DNA from: Octopus vulgaris
Taxonomy: Eukaryota
Direction of reading: 5' to 3'
Assembly: GCA_951406725.2 (NCBI GenBank)
Contig: OX597824.1
Coordinates: forward strand, 85,870,001 to 85,934,000
DNA: 64,000 nt
Below the pieces are notes generated by a model. It was not told the DNA's origin. It ran no database searches and saw only the letters and a program-made list of their open reading frames with translations. This document shows, one piece after another, positions 1 through 10,349 of the stretch. Each line of letters begins with the position of its first letter. The stretch's first letter is position 1. The position numbers and the translations under genes were made by a program.

Positions 1-517
1 AAGATGGTACATATTTGAGAGTGTGCAAACGTAAGTAATGGTGCATGCATATACTCAAAGTTGTACAAGACTTAGTGAATGGTTCGTCAATGCTGTATGT
101 ATGTATGTGTCTGTGAAAAAATGTGAGACACAACAAGCATGCATATCCATGAGAATCTAATGCATTTGTGGCTGTGGGGTGAAATAACTCCTGGACTAAG
201 TATGAATCAACAGAAAAAGAACAATGACAGTGAAAAGTGAGTAAATATCTTAATGTGTTTATACGAAGAACTTAAAGAGGAGCAGGTGTTCAACAATGGA
301 GCCAGTAATCTCATGTGAATATTACAGATGATATGAGCACCAATGAGGAGTCTGTATATGGTAGGTCAACTTACTAGAAAGAACTGCTAATGTCTCCCTC
401 TAAATCACACTTTACTGTCGTAATAAAGCAAGGGAATATTGGATAATGTACTCTGAGATGTACTACGTTTGAAGAAAAATTGTGCGATGGTCAGGGATGG
501 AATGTCTTTTATCATAT

Positions 518-850
518 AGTGCGGGGATGGCTGTGTGGTTAAGAAACTTACTTTGCAACCATGTCGTTTTGGGTTCTACTATAGCCTTGGGCTAAACCCC
601 TACCCCCCTTGTGAGTAAATATGGTAAATGGAAACTGTAAGAAGCCCATCATGTGTGTGTTGTGTGTTTGGCTCCCACTTTATTTGATACCAAGTGTTGG
701 TTTGTTTACTTTCCCATGACTTAGCGTTCAAGAAACATCTACAGAACACCAAGCTTACAAAAATATAAGTACTGGAGCATAATTTGTTCTACTAAACCTT
801 TCAATGCAGTGCCCCAGAATGGCCACAATCTGATGGCCGAAATAATAGAC
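518..850 (+). mobile_element. Degraded tRNA-derived SINE, family A (CORE-like domain, internal microsatellite)
   Basis: Diverged match to the younger copies at 15332 and 52072: head ggatggctgtgtggttaag, tail gtgccccagaatggccaca. Confidence 0.7.
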
Positions 851-922
851 AATGGGGGGGGGTCGTCCAATTGACTGACAACAGAACTGATCTTGCACCC
901 AGTTTCCCCCACCAAAAACAAA

Positions 923-1351
923 TACTCTTATTTGTTTCAGTCATTTGACTGTGGCCATGCTGGAGCACCGCCTTTAGTCGAGCAAATTGACTTCAGGACT
1001 TAATCTTTGTAAGCCTAGTACTTATTCTATTGGACTCTTTTGCCGAGCCACTAAGTTACGGGGACATAACACACCAGCGTCGGCTGTCAAGCGATGTTGG
1101 GAGGACAAACACAGACACATAAATGTATACACACACACACACATATATATATATATCATCATCATATATATATATATATGTATATACACGATGGGCTTCT
1201 TTCAGTTTGTCTACCAAATCCACTCACAAGGCTTTGGTCGGCCTGAGGCTATAGTAGAAGACATTTGCCCAAGGTGCCACGCAGTGGGACTGAACCCAGA
1301 ACCATGTGGTTGTTAAGCAAGCTACTTACCACACAGCCACTTCTACACCTA
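923..1351 (-). mobile_element. SINE family A, full length
   Basis: Reverse complement has A/B-box head (gtggctgtgtggtaag...ggttcagtccc), CORE-like ggcaccttgggcaaatgtc, (TA/CA)n middle and ggcggtgctccagcatggccacagtc tail. Confidence 0.92.
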
Positions 1352-2139
1352 TCAATATTATGATTATATAAAATATTTTGCAGGGCCTACATTTTAAGCA
1401 AACCAAGTCCTTGTATCTATGTAAAGAGTCAGATGTTTTGGAATAGTAAAAATTAGTCTAAAGGCAGAAATAGGAGAGTTCAAATACTGCTGCCAAGATC
1501 AACTTTGGTTTTTCTCCTTTCAGAGTAGAAAAGAAAAAAAAAAAAGAGTACCTCTTATGTAACTCAAAACTTTGGTTTCTTAGACATGCTGCCTTGATAT
1601 TCACTGTCTTCTCTATTGCAGCTACAGTGGCCTCTGCTTCTCAGAGCTTGCTGATCTTATGCAATTCCCACTCAAGCACCCCGACCCACCTAACACATAT
1701 ACCTATACTCTTCTCCTCACCTGTGTTGTATGTGTCCCCTACAGGCACTATCTTAATCACTTTTCTTCATCCTTCCTCCAAGAACGTCAGCATCCTAGAA
1801 TCTGCTCCACGTCCACATCATTCTGCTTAATCTTGCAGAACCTACAAAGGCCATGGGTACAGCTCTTTCCTCTTCTCCTCACTATCCATTCTCTTTTCTT
1901 ATAAAGAAAAGCAAGGTCAGTGTATAACAAGTATGGAACGTTAGGGGTCACTTAATGATTCCTCTGCAAGACATACCAGTTGTAGGAGTTTATAGAATTA
2001 TATTATGTATAGCCTTTCCTTTCCCAGGACAGGAGAGTATGGTTTTTAGAGATATTTGGCCACTATTTCTAGTAAGCCAAGCAAACACACACACATATAA
2101 TATATATATATTACGTGTGGGTGGCACATAAAAAGCACC

Positions 2140-2299
2140 TACTACACTCACGGAGTGGTTGGCGTTAGGAAGGGCTTCCAGCCGTAGAAACACTGCCAGA
2201 TCAGACTGGGCCTGATGCAGCCTTCTGGCTTCACAGACCCCAGTTGAACCATCCAACCCATGCTAGCATAGAAAGCGGACGCTGAATGATGATGATGAT
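2140..2299 (+). mobile_element. 3' part of a different, RTE-tail-type SINE ending in (GAT)n
   Basis: ggttggcgttaggaagggcttccagccgtagaaa...catgctagcatagaaagcggacgctgaatgatgatgat; an inverted degraded copy lies at about 2636-2765. Confidence 0.65.
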
Positions 2300-2630
2300 A
2301 GGGCACAGGAGTGGCTGTGTGGTAAGTAGCTTGCTGACCAACCACATGGTTTAGTCCCACTGTGTGTCACCTTGGGCAAGTGTCTTCTACTATAGCCTCG
2401 GGCCGACAATACCCATGTGATTGGATTTGGTAGACAGAAACTGAAAGAAGCCCGTCGTATATATATGTGACAACTGGTGTGTTTACGTCCCCGTAACTTA
2501 GCGGTTCGGCAAAAGAGACCGATGGAATAAGTACTAGGCTTACAAGGAATAAGTCCTGGGGTCGATTTGCTTGACTAAAGGCGATGCTCCAGCATGATCG
2601 CGGTCAAATGACTGAAACAAATAAAAGAAT
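2300..2630 (+). mobile_element. SINE family A (short middle)
   Basis: Same head, CORE-like domain and tail as the other family A copies. Confidence 0.9.
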
Positions 2631-3044
2631 ATATCCTCATTATCGTTTAGTGTCCATTTTCCATGATGACGGTGGACGGTCAATTTCCATGATGGGGTGA
2701 ACGGTTTGACAAGAGCTGGGCAAGCCTGAGAGCTACATCAGCCTTCTTTGTCTGCTTTGGCATGATGTGAATGGATAAATAAAGTATGCATGTATATACA
2801 CACACTTTTATCCAACTTCCCACTAATAAAAGAATTGAAAACTACAGTTGATACAGTGTATTGTTATATTTGTTAAGTGTGTATAAACTGTGTGTGCACA
2901 AGTCTATACATATATATGTATAGACTATGTAAATGATTTTGAAATTCATAGGAAAGTTGGTGGTGAAAAAAAAATGCAGAGATCGAGTTTCATGAATTAA
3001 ATTAAATCGAACAGATAGATATAGGTAGACAGATATATAAGATA

Positions 3045-3347
3045 CTAGCAGTATCGCCCGGCGTAAATTTTTTTTTTTTTTAATCGTTGACTCATCTTTG
3101 ACATTTTTAGAGAGTTACTTCCCTTATATAATAGCGAGAAAATATGCATTAAAATGGAAAAAAATTATGGTAAATTTTTTTTAAATCGTAGACTCATTGT
3201 AGACGCGCGCTAATACCCAGAAGGGCTCGATATGAATCACGACTATAAGATACCCGGTTTTGGTTAAACTGCACCGCAAAATGTGGGAGTAGTTAGGAAT
3301 CTAAATCGTAGGAGACAGACACACAACTTCACTTTTATATATAAAGA
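3045..3347 (-). mobile_element. Non-autonomous Helitron, subfamily 1, internally deleted
   Basis: Minus strand starts TCTTTATATATAAAAG and ends gccgggcgatactgCTAG, inserted between A and T; matches the copies at 22721 and 27947. Confidence 0.88.
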
Positions 3348-3823
3348 TATAGATTTGCAGTTAGATACGTAGGTAAACAGATACAAATAAATATGCAGAT
3401 AAAGAGACAAGCAGGCTGAAAGACAATTAGGCAGATTCGTAAGTAAATAGATACATAAACAAAACAGAGACTGACAAAGACAAGGCAACGGGATTCGACA
3501 AAAAACCATCCCACAAGTGTCTTCTAACAAGAAACAAAAGAAAAGGACTTTTAACATAATTACAAAGCTATGCATTTGTGGTGGTGGTGGTAAATGTATC
3601 AACTGTAGTTATTTTATCCACAATGGACGAACGAAGGCACTTTAAAACCGACTCCGTTGACGTTTCACCTTGTAACAGAAGGATGAAATAGGACACAGCG
3701 ATACCTTAAAGGTCTCGTGGTTCACCATTTAATCTTGATTCTGAGAGGTCTATATAGGACAGTGACTGTAGTGTATATCAGTTTGTACTATAATATAATC
3801 AGCTACCTATTATTACAATACAT

Positions 3824-3964
3824 ATTTCTTTACTACCCACAAGGAGCTAAACACAGAGAGTACAAATAAGGACAGACAAACGGATTCAGTCGATTATATT
3901 GACCCCAGTGCGTAACTGGTACTTAATTTATCGAACCCGAAAGGATGAAAGGCAAAGTCGACCT
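3824..3964 (-). mobile_element. SINE family B fragment (Meta-domain-like)
   Basis: Reverse complement contains gtcgactttgcctttcatcctttcgggttcgataaattaagtaccag. Confidence 0.85.
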
Positions 3965-4403
3965 TAATACAATTTAGTCAATAATACCGTAACTGTTTTG
4001 ATTTAAATAGTATACACCAATACATATCATTGTAATTTATAAGAATTGAAACCCGACAATAAAGAGACGCAATCGCTTACCCTGTGAGAAATAGCATCCA
4101 AAACCCCCTCAAATCACACACTACGATATAATGTAGAACGAGATATAATGTCTGGGGGAAGAGGTCGTGAATATAAGTAAATAAATAAAAATTAGGGGAT
4201 GGTGTTAGGTCTATTTGATGCGAAGTTAGGTCGATTGGTGGTTAAAAAACACGACACTGAAATATTTACAATGCAATTAGCATGTGGTGGGTATGGGGGT
4301 ATTTGAATGTTATAAATTGGTCATGTGAATTGTGTATAGGAAGTTGTTTGTTGCTGTTGTTTAGCTAACAAGCCTTGATTTCAGACACAGTTATTATTTA
4401 GGG

Positions 4404-4864
4404 CAGGGATGGGCAACTTTTCGTCAACTGGGGGGCCACATCGTACCATTTCTAAATGGGAGAGGGTCATATGATAAAACATATACAAGAAATATGACTT
4501 GCCCACTTTACACTGAATGTTTTTGCAGTTCTTCTTAATTTTAATTGTCTTAGTATGAAAGTTTACATTAAGCTGGTATCTCTTTCATTGTTTCCTAATG
4601 ATAATTAGTAATGATGATTACTAGAGTAAATAAATTATAGTTTAGAATATTGAGGTAAAAAAAAAAGAAAGAAAATTCATTAATATTTTATTAAAGAACA
4701 AATTTCATCATCTGTATCAACGAGATTTTAGCACATTCACATTCTTTACCATATTTTCAATATTAGGTACAATTTAAGATGTCGTTTCTCTTAGGTTGTG
4801 CTGCATATTGGTAACCAAGAAACTCGTCGAGGGCCGCAAGCGGCCCGCACGTTGCCCATGCATG
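4404..4864. mobile_element. hAT (Charlie-like) non-autonomous element
   Basis: Termini cagggatgggcaac...gttgcccatgcatg; subterminal gggccac/gggccgc motifs; imperfect 8-bp flanks atttaggg/atttgggc. Confidence 0.65.
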
Positions 4865-5071
4865 ATTTGGGCAACATTTCCTAATGTGTCCTTCCTGTTT
4901 AAGACGGTAGTGTATGACTGAGTGAAGTGCAGTTGGTATTTCTAGCAGATCGACCGACCACTTAGAATCGCTAGTTCGATTGTGCCTGCCCTATATTTAT
5001 TCACAGATAAAATTTATAATACCCGGAGGTTAAAAACCAAGCCTACTATACTACAGTAATTATGGTGCTAT

Positions 5072-5102
<31 letters not shown>

Positions 5103-5306
5103 GGTACTACTAGCGAACAGTGGTCCCGTTGCGCACACGCGCAGTCGCGCATCCGCGCCAGCTAGTCATGACTAGTCGACCTTACTTTGTGTTTTGGTGT
5201 TATTTACTTTGTTTAAAAAAATTATTTATTTTCTGTTTTATTTACTTTGCTAGGTAGTCGTTGTAGGATCGACTAGTCACGACTAGCACTGTTCGCTAGT
5301 AGTACC
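5103..5306. mobile_element. MITE with perfect 20-bp TIR (GG...CC termini, Merlin-like) inserted in (TA)n
   Basis: ggtactactagcgaacagtg at 5103 and cactgttcgctagtagtacc ending 5306; internal inverted ctagtcatgactagtcga/tcgactagtcacgactag. Confidence 0.8.
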
Positions 5307-5573
5307 ATATATATAGAATAAGACGGTTTAGTTCAATGGTGATCTAAACGAATAGGTACGCAGATAGATAGATAGATAGATAGATAGATACATACATACA
5401 TACATACATACATACAGTGAAAGAGAATGTATTATGTGGGGGGGTCAAAGTTCGCATGTAGGAGGAACATTTCACCCTCAACCATTTTCTTAGTTAATTT
5501 ATGTCAACTGTCAAAGCAAGCCACTCTATCGTATTCACCCTAATTTTCGAAGGAACAAAATCATAAACCTACT

Positions 5574-5624
<51 letters not shown>

Positions 5625-5797
5625 AGAGACTAAAAGAAGAATTGTTAAATCAGTAGCGAAATAATTATAATTATATCTTTACATGTTAATAACAGTAGCA
5701 GGAACCAAGGTTGACAGAGTACTTGAACTATTTAGGAGAAATATAAATTCTAAAATACGTAAGTATACGTAAACTATAAACATTATTAATCACTTAC

Positions 5798-5875
5798 CAA
5801 CATAACGATACCCCAAACACTGATAACGATGCCACAAACTGACAATTTAGGGCCGCAAACCGGACAGGAAAACAT
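5798..5875 (-). CDS. RNASEK: Ribonuclease kappa / V-ATPase V0 subunit f, first coding exon (26 codons); the remaining exons were not found and presumably lie left of the window
   Basis: Translates MFSCPVCGPKLSVCGIVISVWGIVML, matching the RNASEK N-terminus (human ...[21 protein letters not shown]). Start context caaccATG; phase-0 donor TTG|gtaagtg at 5797. Confidence 0.9.
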
Positions 5876-5944
5876 GGTTGAATGATGAAGTTTATGGATC
5901 AGGCTATGAAGAATATTCCCAACCTTAGAATCCTACGACGATAT

Positions 5945-6025
5945 GTTACTGTCATGTGACTAAGACATGTGACCAAACATAACCGGAGACCGGAAGTGAC
6001 TACTGTAATCACGTGACTAAGACCT
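5945..6025. promoter_or_regulatory. RNASEK proximal promoter: three CLEAR/M-box E-boxes and an ETS site
   Basis: gtcatgtgac 5951-5960, gacatgtgac 5964-5973, accggaagtg 5989-5998 and atcacgtgac 6008-6017, all about 75-145 bp upstream of the ATG. Confidence 0.7.
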
Positions 6026-6294
6026 ATGTCAGATGCTGGCTTTCATATTTTACAATGCTTCTTCTCTACGTAAGAGGTTTTATAGCGACGCTGAATTTTA
6101 AACCAAGGAACATAGACATTTGTATTTGTTATCCAAGAAGAATGTTCGTGAAATTTGATATTTCAAATGCTTGAAATATTTCCTAAATTCGGTTTATGAA
6201 ATCAGGGAAGATGGAGCCAAGCTTGTGATCAAAGGTAAATAACTCTGAAGAAAGGAGTTACCTACCTTGAATTATTAAAATGTAAGCGTTTTTA

Positions 6295-7133
6295 TATTCT
6301 TTTCTTCTGTAGGCAGAAGGCCCAAAATTTTGGGGGAGAGGGCCAGTTGATTACATCGACCCCAGTACGCAACTAGTACTTAATTTATCGACCCTGAAAG
6401 GATGAAAGGCAAAGTCGACCTCGACGGAATTTGAACTCGGAACGTAAAGACAGACGAAATACCTATTTCTTTACTGCTCACAAGGAGCTACACACATAGG
6501 GGACAGACAAACGTATTAAGTCGATTATATCGACCCCAGTGCGTAACTGGTGCTAATTTTATAGACCCCGAAAGGATGAAAGCCAGACAAACAAGGACAG
6601 ACAAACGGGTTAAGTCGATTATATCGACCTCAGTGCGTAACTGGTACTTATTTAATCGACCCCGAAAGGATGAAAGGCAAAGTCGACCTCGGCGGAATTT
6701 GAACTCAGAACGTAAAGACAGACGAAATACCTATTTCTATTTCTTTACTACCCACAAGGGGCTAAACACAGAGAGGACAGACAAACGGATTAAGTCGATT
6801 ACATCGACCCCAGTGCGTAACTGGTACTTACTTAATCGACCTCGAAAGGATGAAAGGCAAAGTCGACCTCGGCGGAATTTGAACTCAGAACGTAGCAGCA
6901 GACGAAATACTTATTTCTTTACTACCCACAATGGGCTAAACACAGAGAGGACAAACAAGGACAGACAAACGGATTAAGTCGATTATATCGAGCCCAGTGC
7001 GTAACTGGTACTTATTTAATCGACCCTGAAAGGATGAAAGGTAAAGTCGACCTCGGTGAAATTTGAACTCAGAACGTAGCGGCAGACGAAATACCGCTAA
7101 GCATTTCGCCCGGTGTACTAACGATTCTGCCAG
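6295..7133 (-). mobile_element. SINE family B tandem multimer (about 4-5 body units behind one head)
   Basis: Repeated gaaaggatgaaaggcaaagtcgacctcggcggaatttgaactcagaacg units; a single head (gctggcagaatcgttag) at about 7133. Confidence 0.9.
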
Positions 7134-7391
7134 CCATATCTAATGACTGGATCACTCTCTCAAGTGTAGTAAGCTTACGAAGAATGGAAATTACAATTCA
7201 GTAGTGTTTTAATTCCCCTCCCCCACTTCTCTACAGTACAGGGAACCTTTTGTGCTCATTCGAACACAAAGATTTAGCTGATGAAATGAGGGAACCTAGT
7301 CGAAGTCACTCGACTTGCTAAAAATAGCAGGCAAATCTCTCTCAAATCGCTGACAATGAAAACAGATATTGGATAATATAGTCCTAGATAT

Positions 7392-8019
7392 GTGGAGGCG
7401 CGCGGTTTAGTGGTTAGGGTGTCAGCATCATGATCGTAACATTGTGGTTTCGATTCCTGGACCGGGTGACGCGTTGTGTTCTTGAGCAAAACACTTCATT
7501 TCACGTTGCTCCAGTCCACTCAGCTGGCAAAAATGAGTAACGCTGCGATGGACTGGTGTCCCATCCAGCTGGGGGACACATACGCCATTGAAACCGAGAA
7601 ACCGGGCCCATGAGCCTGGCTAGGCTATAAAAGGGCACACTGCGATGGACTGGCATCCCGTCCAGCTGGGGAACACATACGCCATAGAAACCGGGAAACC
7701 GGGCCCATGAGCCTGGCTAGGCTTTAAAAGGGCACACTGCGATGGACTGGCGTCCCGTCCAGCTGGGGAACACATACGCCATTGAAACCGGGAAACCGGG
7801 CCCATGAGCGTGGCTAGGCTTTAAAAGGGCACACTGCGACGGACTGGCGTCCCGTCCAGCTGGGTAGGTGGGGTGACACATACGCCATAGAAACCGAGAA
7901 ACCGGGCCCATGAGCCTGGCTAGGCTTTAAAAGGGCACACTGCGATGGACTGGCGTCCCGTCCAGCTTGGTAGGTGGGGGGGACATACGCCATAGAAACC
8001 GGGAAACCGGGTCCATGAG
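7392..8019 (+). mobile_element. SINE family C (tRNA head, CORE-like and V-domain-like parts) with a tandemly amplified 3' module
   Basis: Head gtggaggcgcgcggtttagtggttaggg...ggtttcgattcc; CORE-like tgtgttcttgagcaaaacactt; units starting ctgcgatggactggc at 7543, 7640, 7737, 7834 and 7940. Confidence 0.88.
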
Positions 8020-8389
8020 TCCAAGGTATAGTATGCTCGACAAAAAAAAATACTAGAACATAATCTATTGTGTGATTAATTATTCAGACCTGCAAGAAAT
8101 AGGAGAGAAATCTCACTCAAATTGCATCTTGCTCTCAATGAAAGATATATTGGATAATATAGCCCTAGGTATACTGTGCCCGGGGGGAAAAGAAGGATTA
8201 CTAGAACGTCTTTTGTTGTGGATATCATTGATTATTCAGACATACTGGAAATGACAAGCAAATCCCCCTCAAATCGCACCCTATCGTCAATGAAAGTATA
8301 ACAATGGATTATGAAACCCTAGATAAATGGCGGTGCCCCAGCATGGCCACAGCTCATGAGCTGAAACTAGAATCAATCAATCAATCAAT

Positions 8390-8434
<45 letters not shown>

Positions 8435-8439
<5 letters not shown>

Positions 8440-8847
8440 TTTACTCTTTTACTTGTTTCAGTCATTTGACTGTGGCCATACTGGAGCACCACCTTTTAGT
8501 CGAGCAAATCGACCCAAGAACTTATTCTTTGTAAGCCTAGTACTTATTCTATCAGTCTCTTTTGCCGAACCGCTAAGTTACGGGGACGTAAACACACCAG
8601 CAACGGTTGTCAAGTGATGTTGGTGGGGACAAACACAGACACACAAACATATACACACACACATATATATATACATATATACGACGGGCTTCTTTCAGTT
8701 TCCGTCTACCAAATCCATTCACAAGGCTTTGGTCGGCCCAAGGCTATAGTAGAAGACACTTGCCCAAGGTGCCACGCAGTGGGACTGAACCCGGAACCAT
8801 GTGGTTGGTAAGCAAGCTACTTACCACACAGCCACTCCTACGCCTAT
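8435..8847 (-). mobile_element. SINE family A, full length
   Basis: Near-consensus head, CORE-like domain, microsatellite and tail running into (AG)n. Confidence 0.92.
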
Positions 8848-9845
8848 ATACTATGTCCGATAAGCAAAAACAGATTTGCTAGAATTTCATTTATTGTAAA
8901 TGTAACTGATTATTCAGACTTGGGGTTAAACAATAACTAAAACAAATATTTAGTTTGTTCTTGACTTAAATTCCACTGAGGTGAATATAGCTCATAGCTT
9001 TTCAATCGTCTTAGAAGTGATGGTGGGGCAGTTGTCCATAAAATAAGCACTATAATACAGTGTTCAATTCAACCAACTTACCTCTTCTGTTATGAGAAGT
9101 TGAAAAACTTGATTAATCATTTGCTTTCCCAAAGTATTTTCATAAGTTTGTACTAAACGTCCATGTTTATTTTCAGACTTTTCGTTAGCCCGTGTTTCAC
9201 ACATTCTGAGTAACAGAAACCTTTCTTTTCATAAGTTCCGTTTTACTCCAAGCTACTTTGGTGGTCGAGAAAAACTGGAAATGTGTATGGACACCAGTAT
9301 TACATGTCATACTCAGGACGTGCAGAGGATTGGTTTTACTGCTCTCTGTATCGAGGAAAACCCTTGTCAGGGTCGACTTTACCTTTTATTTAATTTGGGA
9401 ACTATCGAATGGTTCTTTTATCTTCTCTTTTACAGCAGCCGTGCTGGGCCACCATCTTGAAGAGTTTTAGCCGAAACAAATCGGTTTTTTTGTTGCTTTT
9501 TGTAAAATATGGTATTTTTTGTAACGTTTTCCTTTTTGTAACGTTTGTCGTAAACAAACCAACCTTAGTTACCAAGCGGCGAGGAGAAAGAACAAACACA
9601 AACTCAAAAATACACACGCGCGCGCGCGTACATACGTACATGATTGATATAAGGGGGGAAAACATACGATATATATATTAAAAAAAAAACATTGATATAC
9701 AAAATATACATAAAATATATGTTGAAAAAGTGAAATCAAACAATGATTGTTTGATTTCACTTTTTCAATATCAGCGACAGTGGACGCTGGAAAAAGTATA
9801 AGTATTTGTGAAGGAAATCTAATTCTCGGCGACAACTATGATTGT

Positions 9846-9890
9846 CACACGCTGACGAAAGGTCAATACCTCGAAACTCGAGTCCGTGTG
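9846..9890 (+). ncRNA. Minimal type I hammerhead ribozyme motif
   Basis: cacacg-CTGACGA-a-agg(tcaata)cct-c-GAAAC-tcga-GTC-cgtgtg: 6-bp stem I, intact core boxes, palindromic stem III, GUC cleavage triplet (cut after 9884). One A.C mismatch at the base of stem II. Confidence 0.72.
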
Positions 9891-10349
9891 TATCATAAGT
9901 TGAAGACGGGAAGGATGACTTCCCTTTGCAAATACTGACAGGACACAGAAAGTGTGTCTATGGCCAGCTGGAGGAGTGTGTCCTCCTGGGGCTAAAAACT
10001 ACAGTAGCATCCACCCTTAGGGGTAGCCATATTGAAATGGCAAATATACGTCACGATAAAATATATGATGTGAAGTATATAAAAATTTATATAATGAGCA
10101 AGCTATAAAAATATACAATATATAAAAATTAGTGAGAAAAAGGCAGATATACAGTAAATATATAATTACACATTTATTGGATGGCCGTTGACTCTCAAGA
10201 GTTCCTCCGCCCTTTGACGGGTTTTGTTTTTCATCCCGCAGGGTGTCCAATAAACACCCTCCTCACCAAGCAAGCTTGGTGGGGTTGCCGCTTTAGTCGC
10301 CGACGGCCCGACCATGCAACAGGTTGTACTGGGTTACATGTTACCAGTA

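Noticed and set aside
3500-3602. RNASEK exon 2 candidate (IMLKVLFFCFLLED)
   Set aside because: Superficial similarity only; no suitable splice sites or the expected GIFF...S..L.ED.P spacing.
6576-6977. Recurrent ORF peptides RNWYLIYRPRKDERQSRPRRNLNSER and YQIHSQGFGRPEAIVEDTCPRCH
   Set aside because: Translations of SINE families B and A; the recurrence reflects repeat copies.
7543-8019. CRISPR-like regular array
   Set aside because: Contiguous tandem units with no unique spacers, eukaryotic context, and no cas genes.
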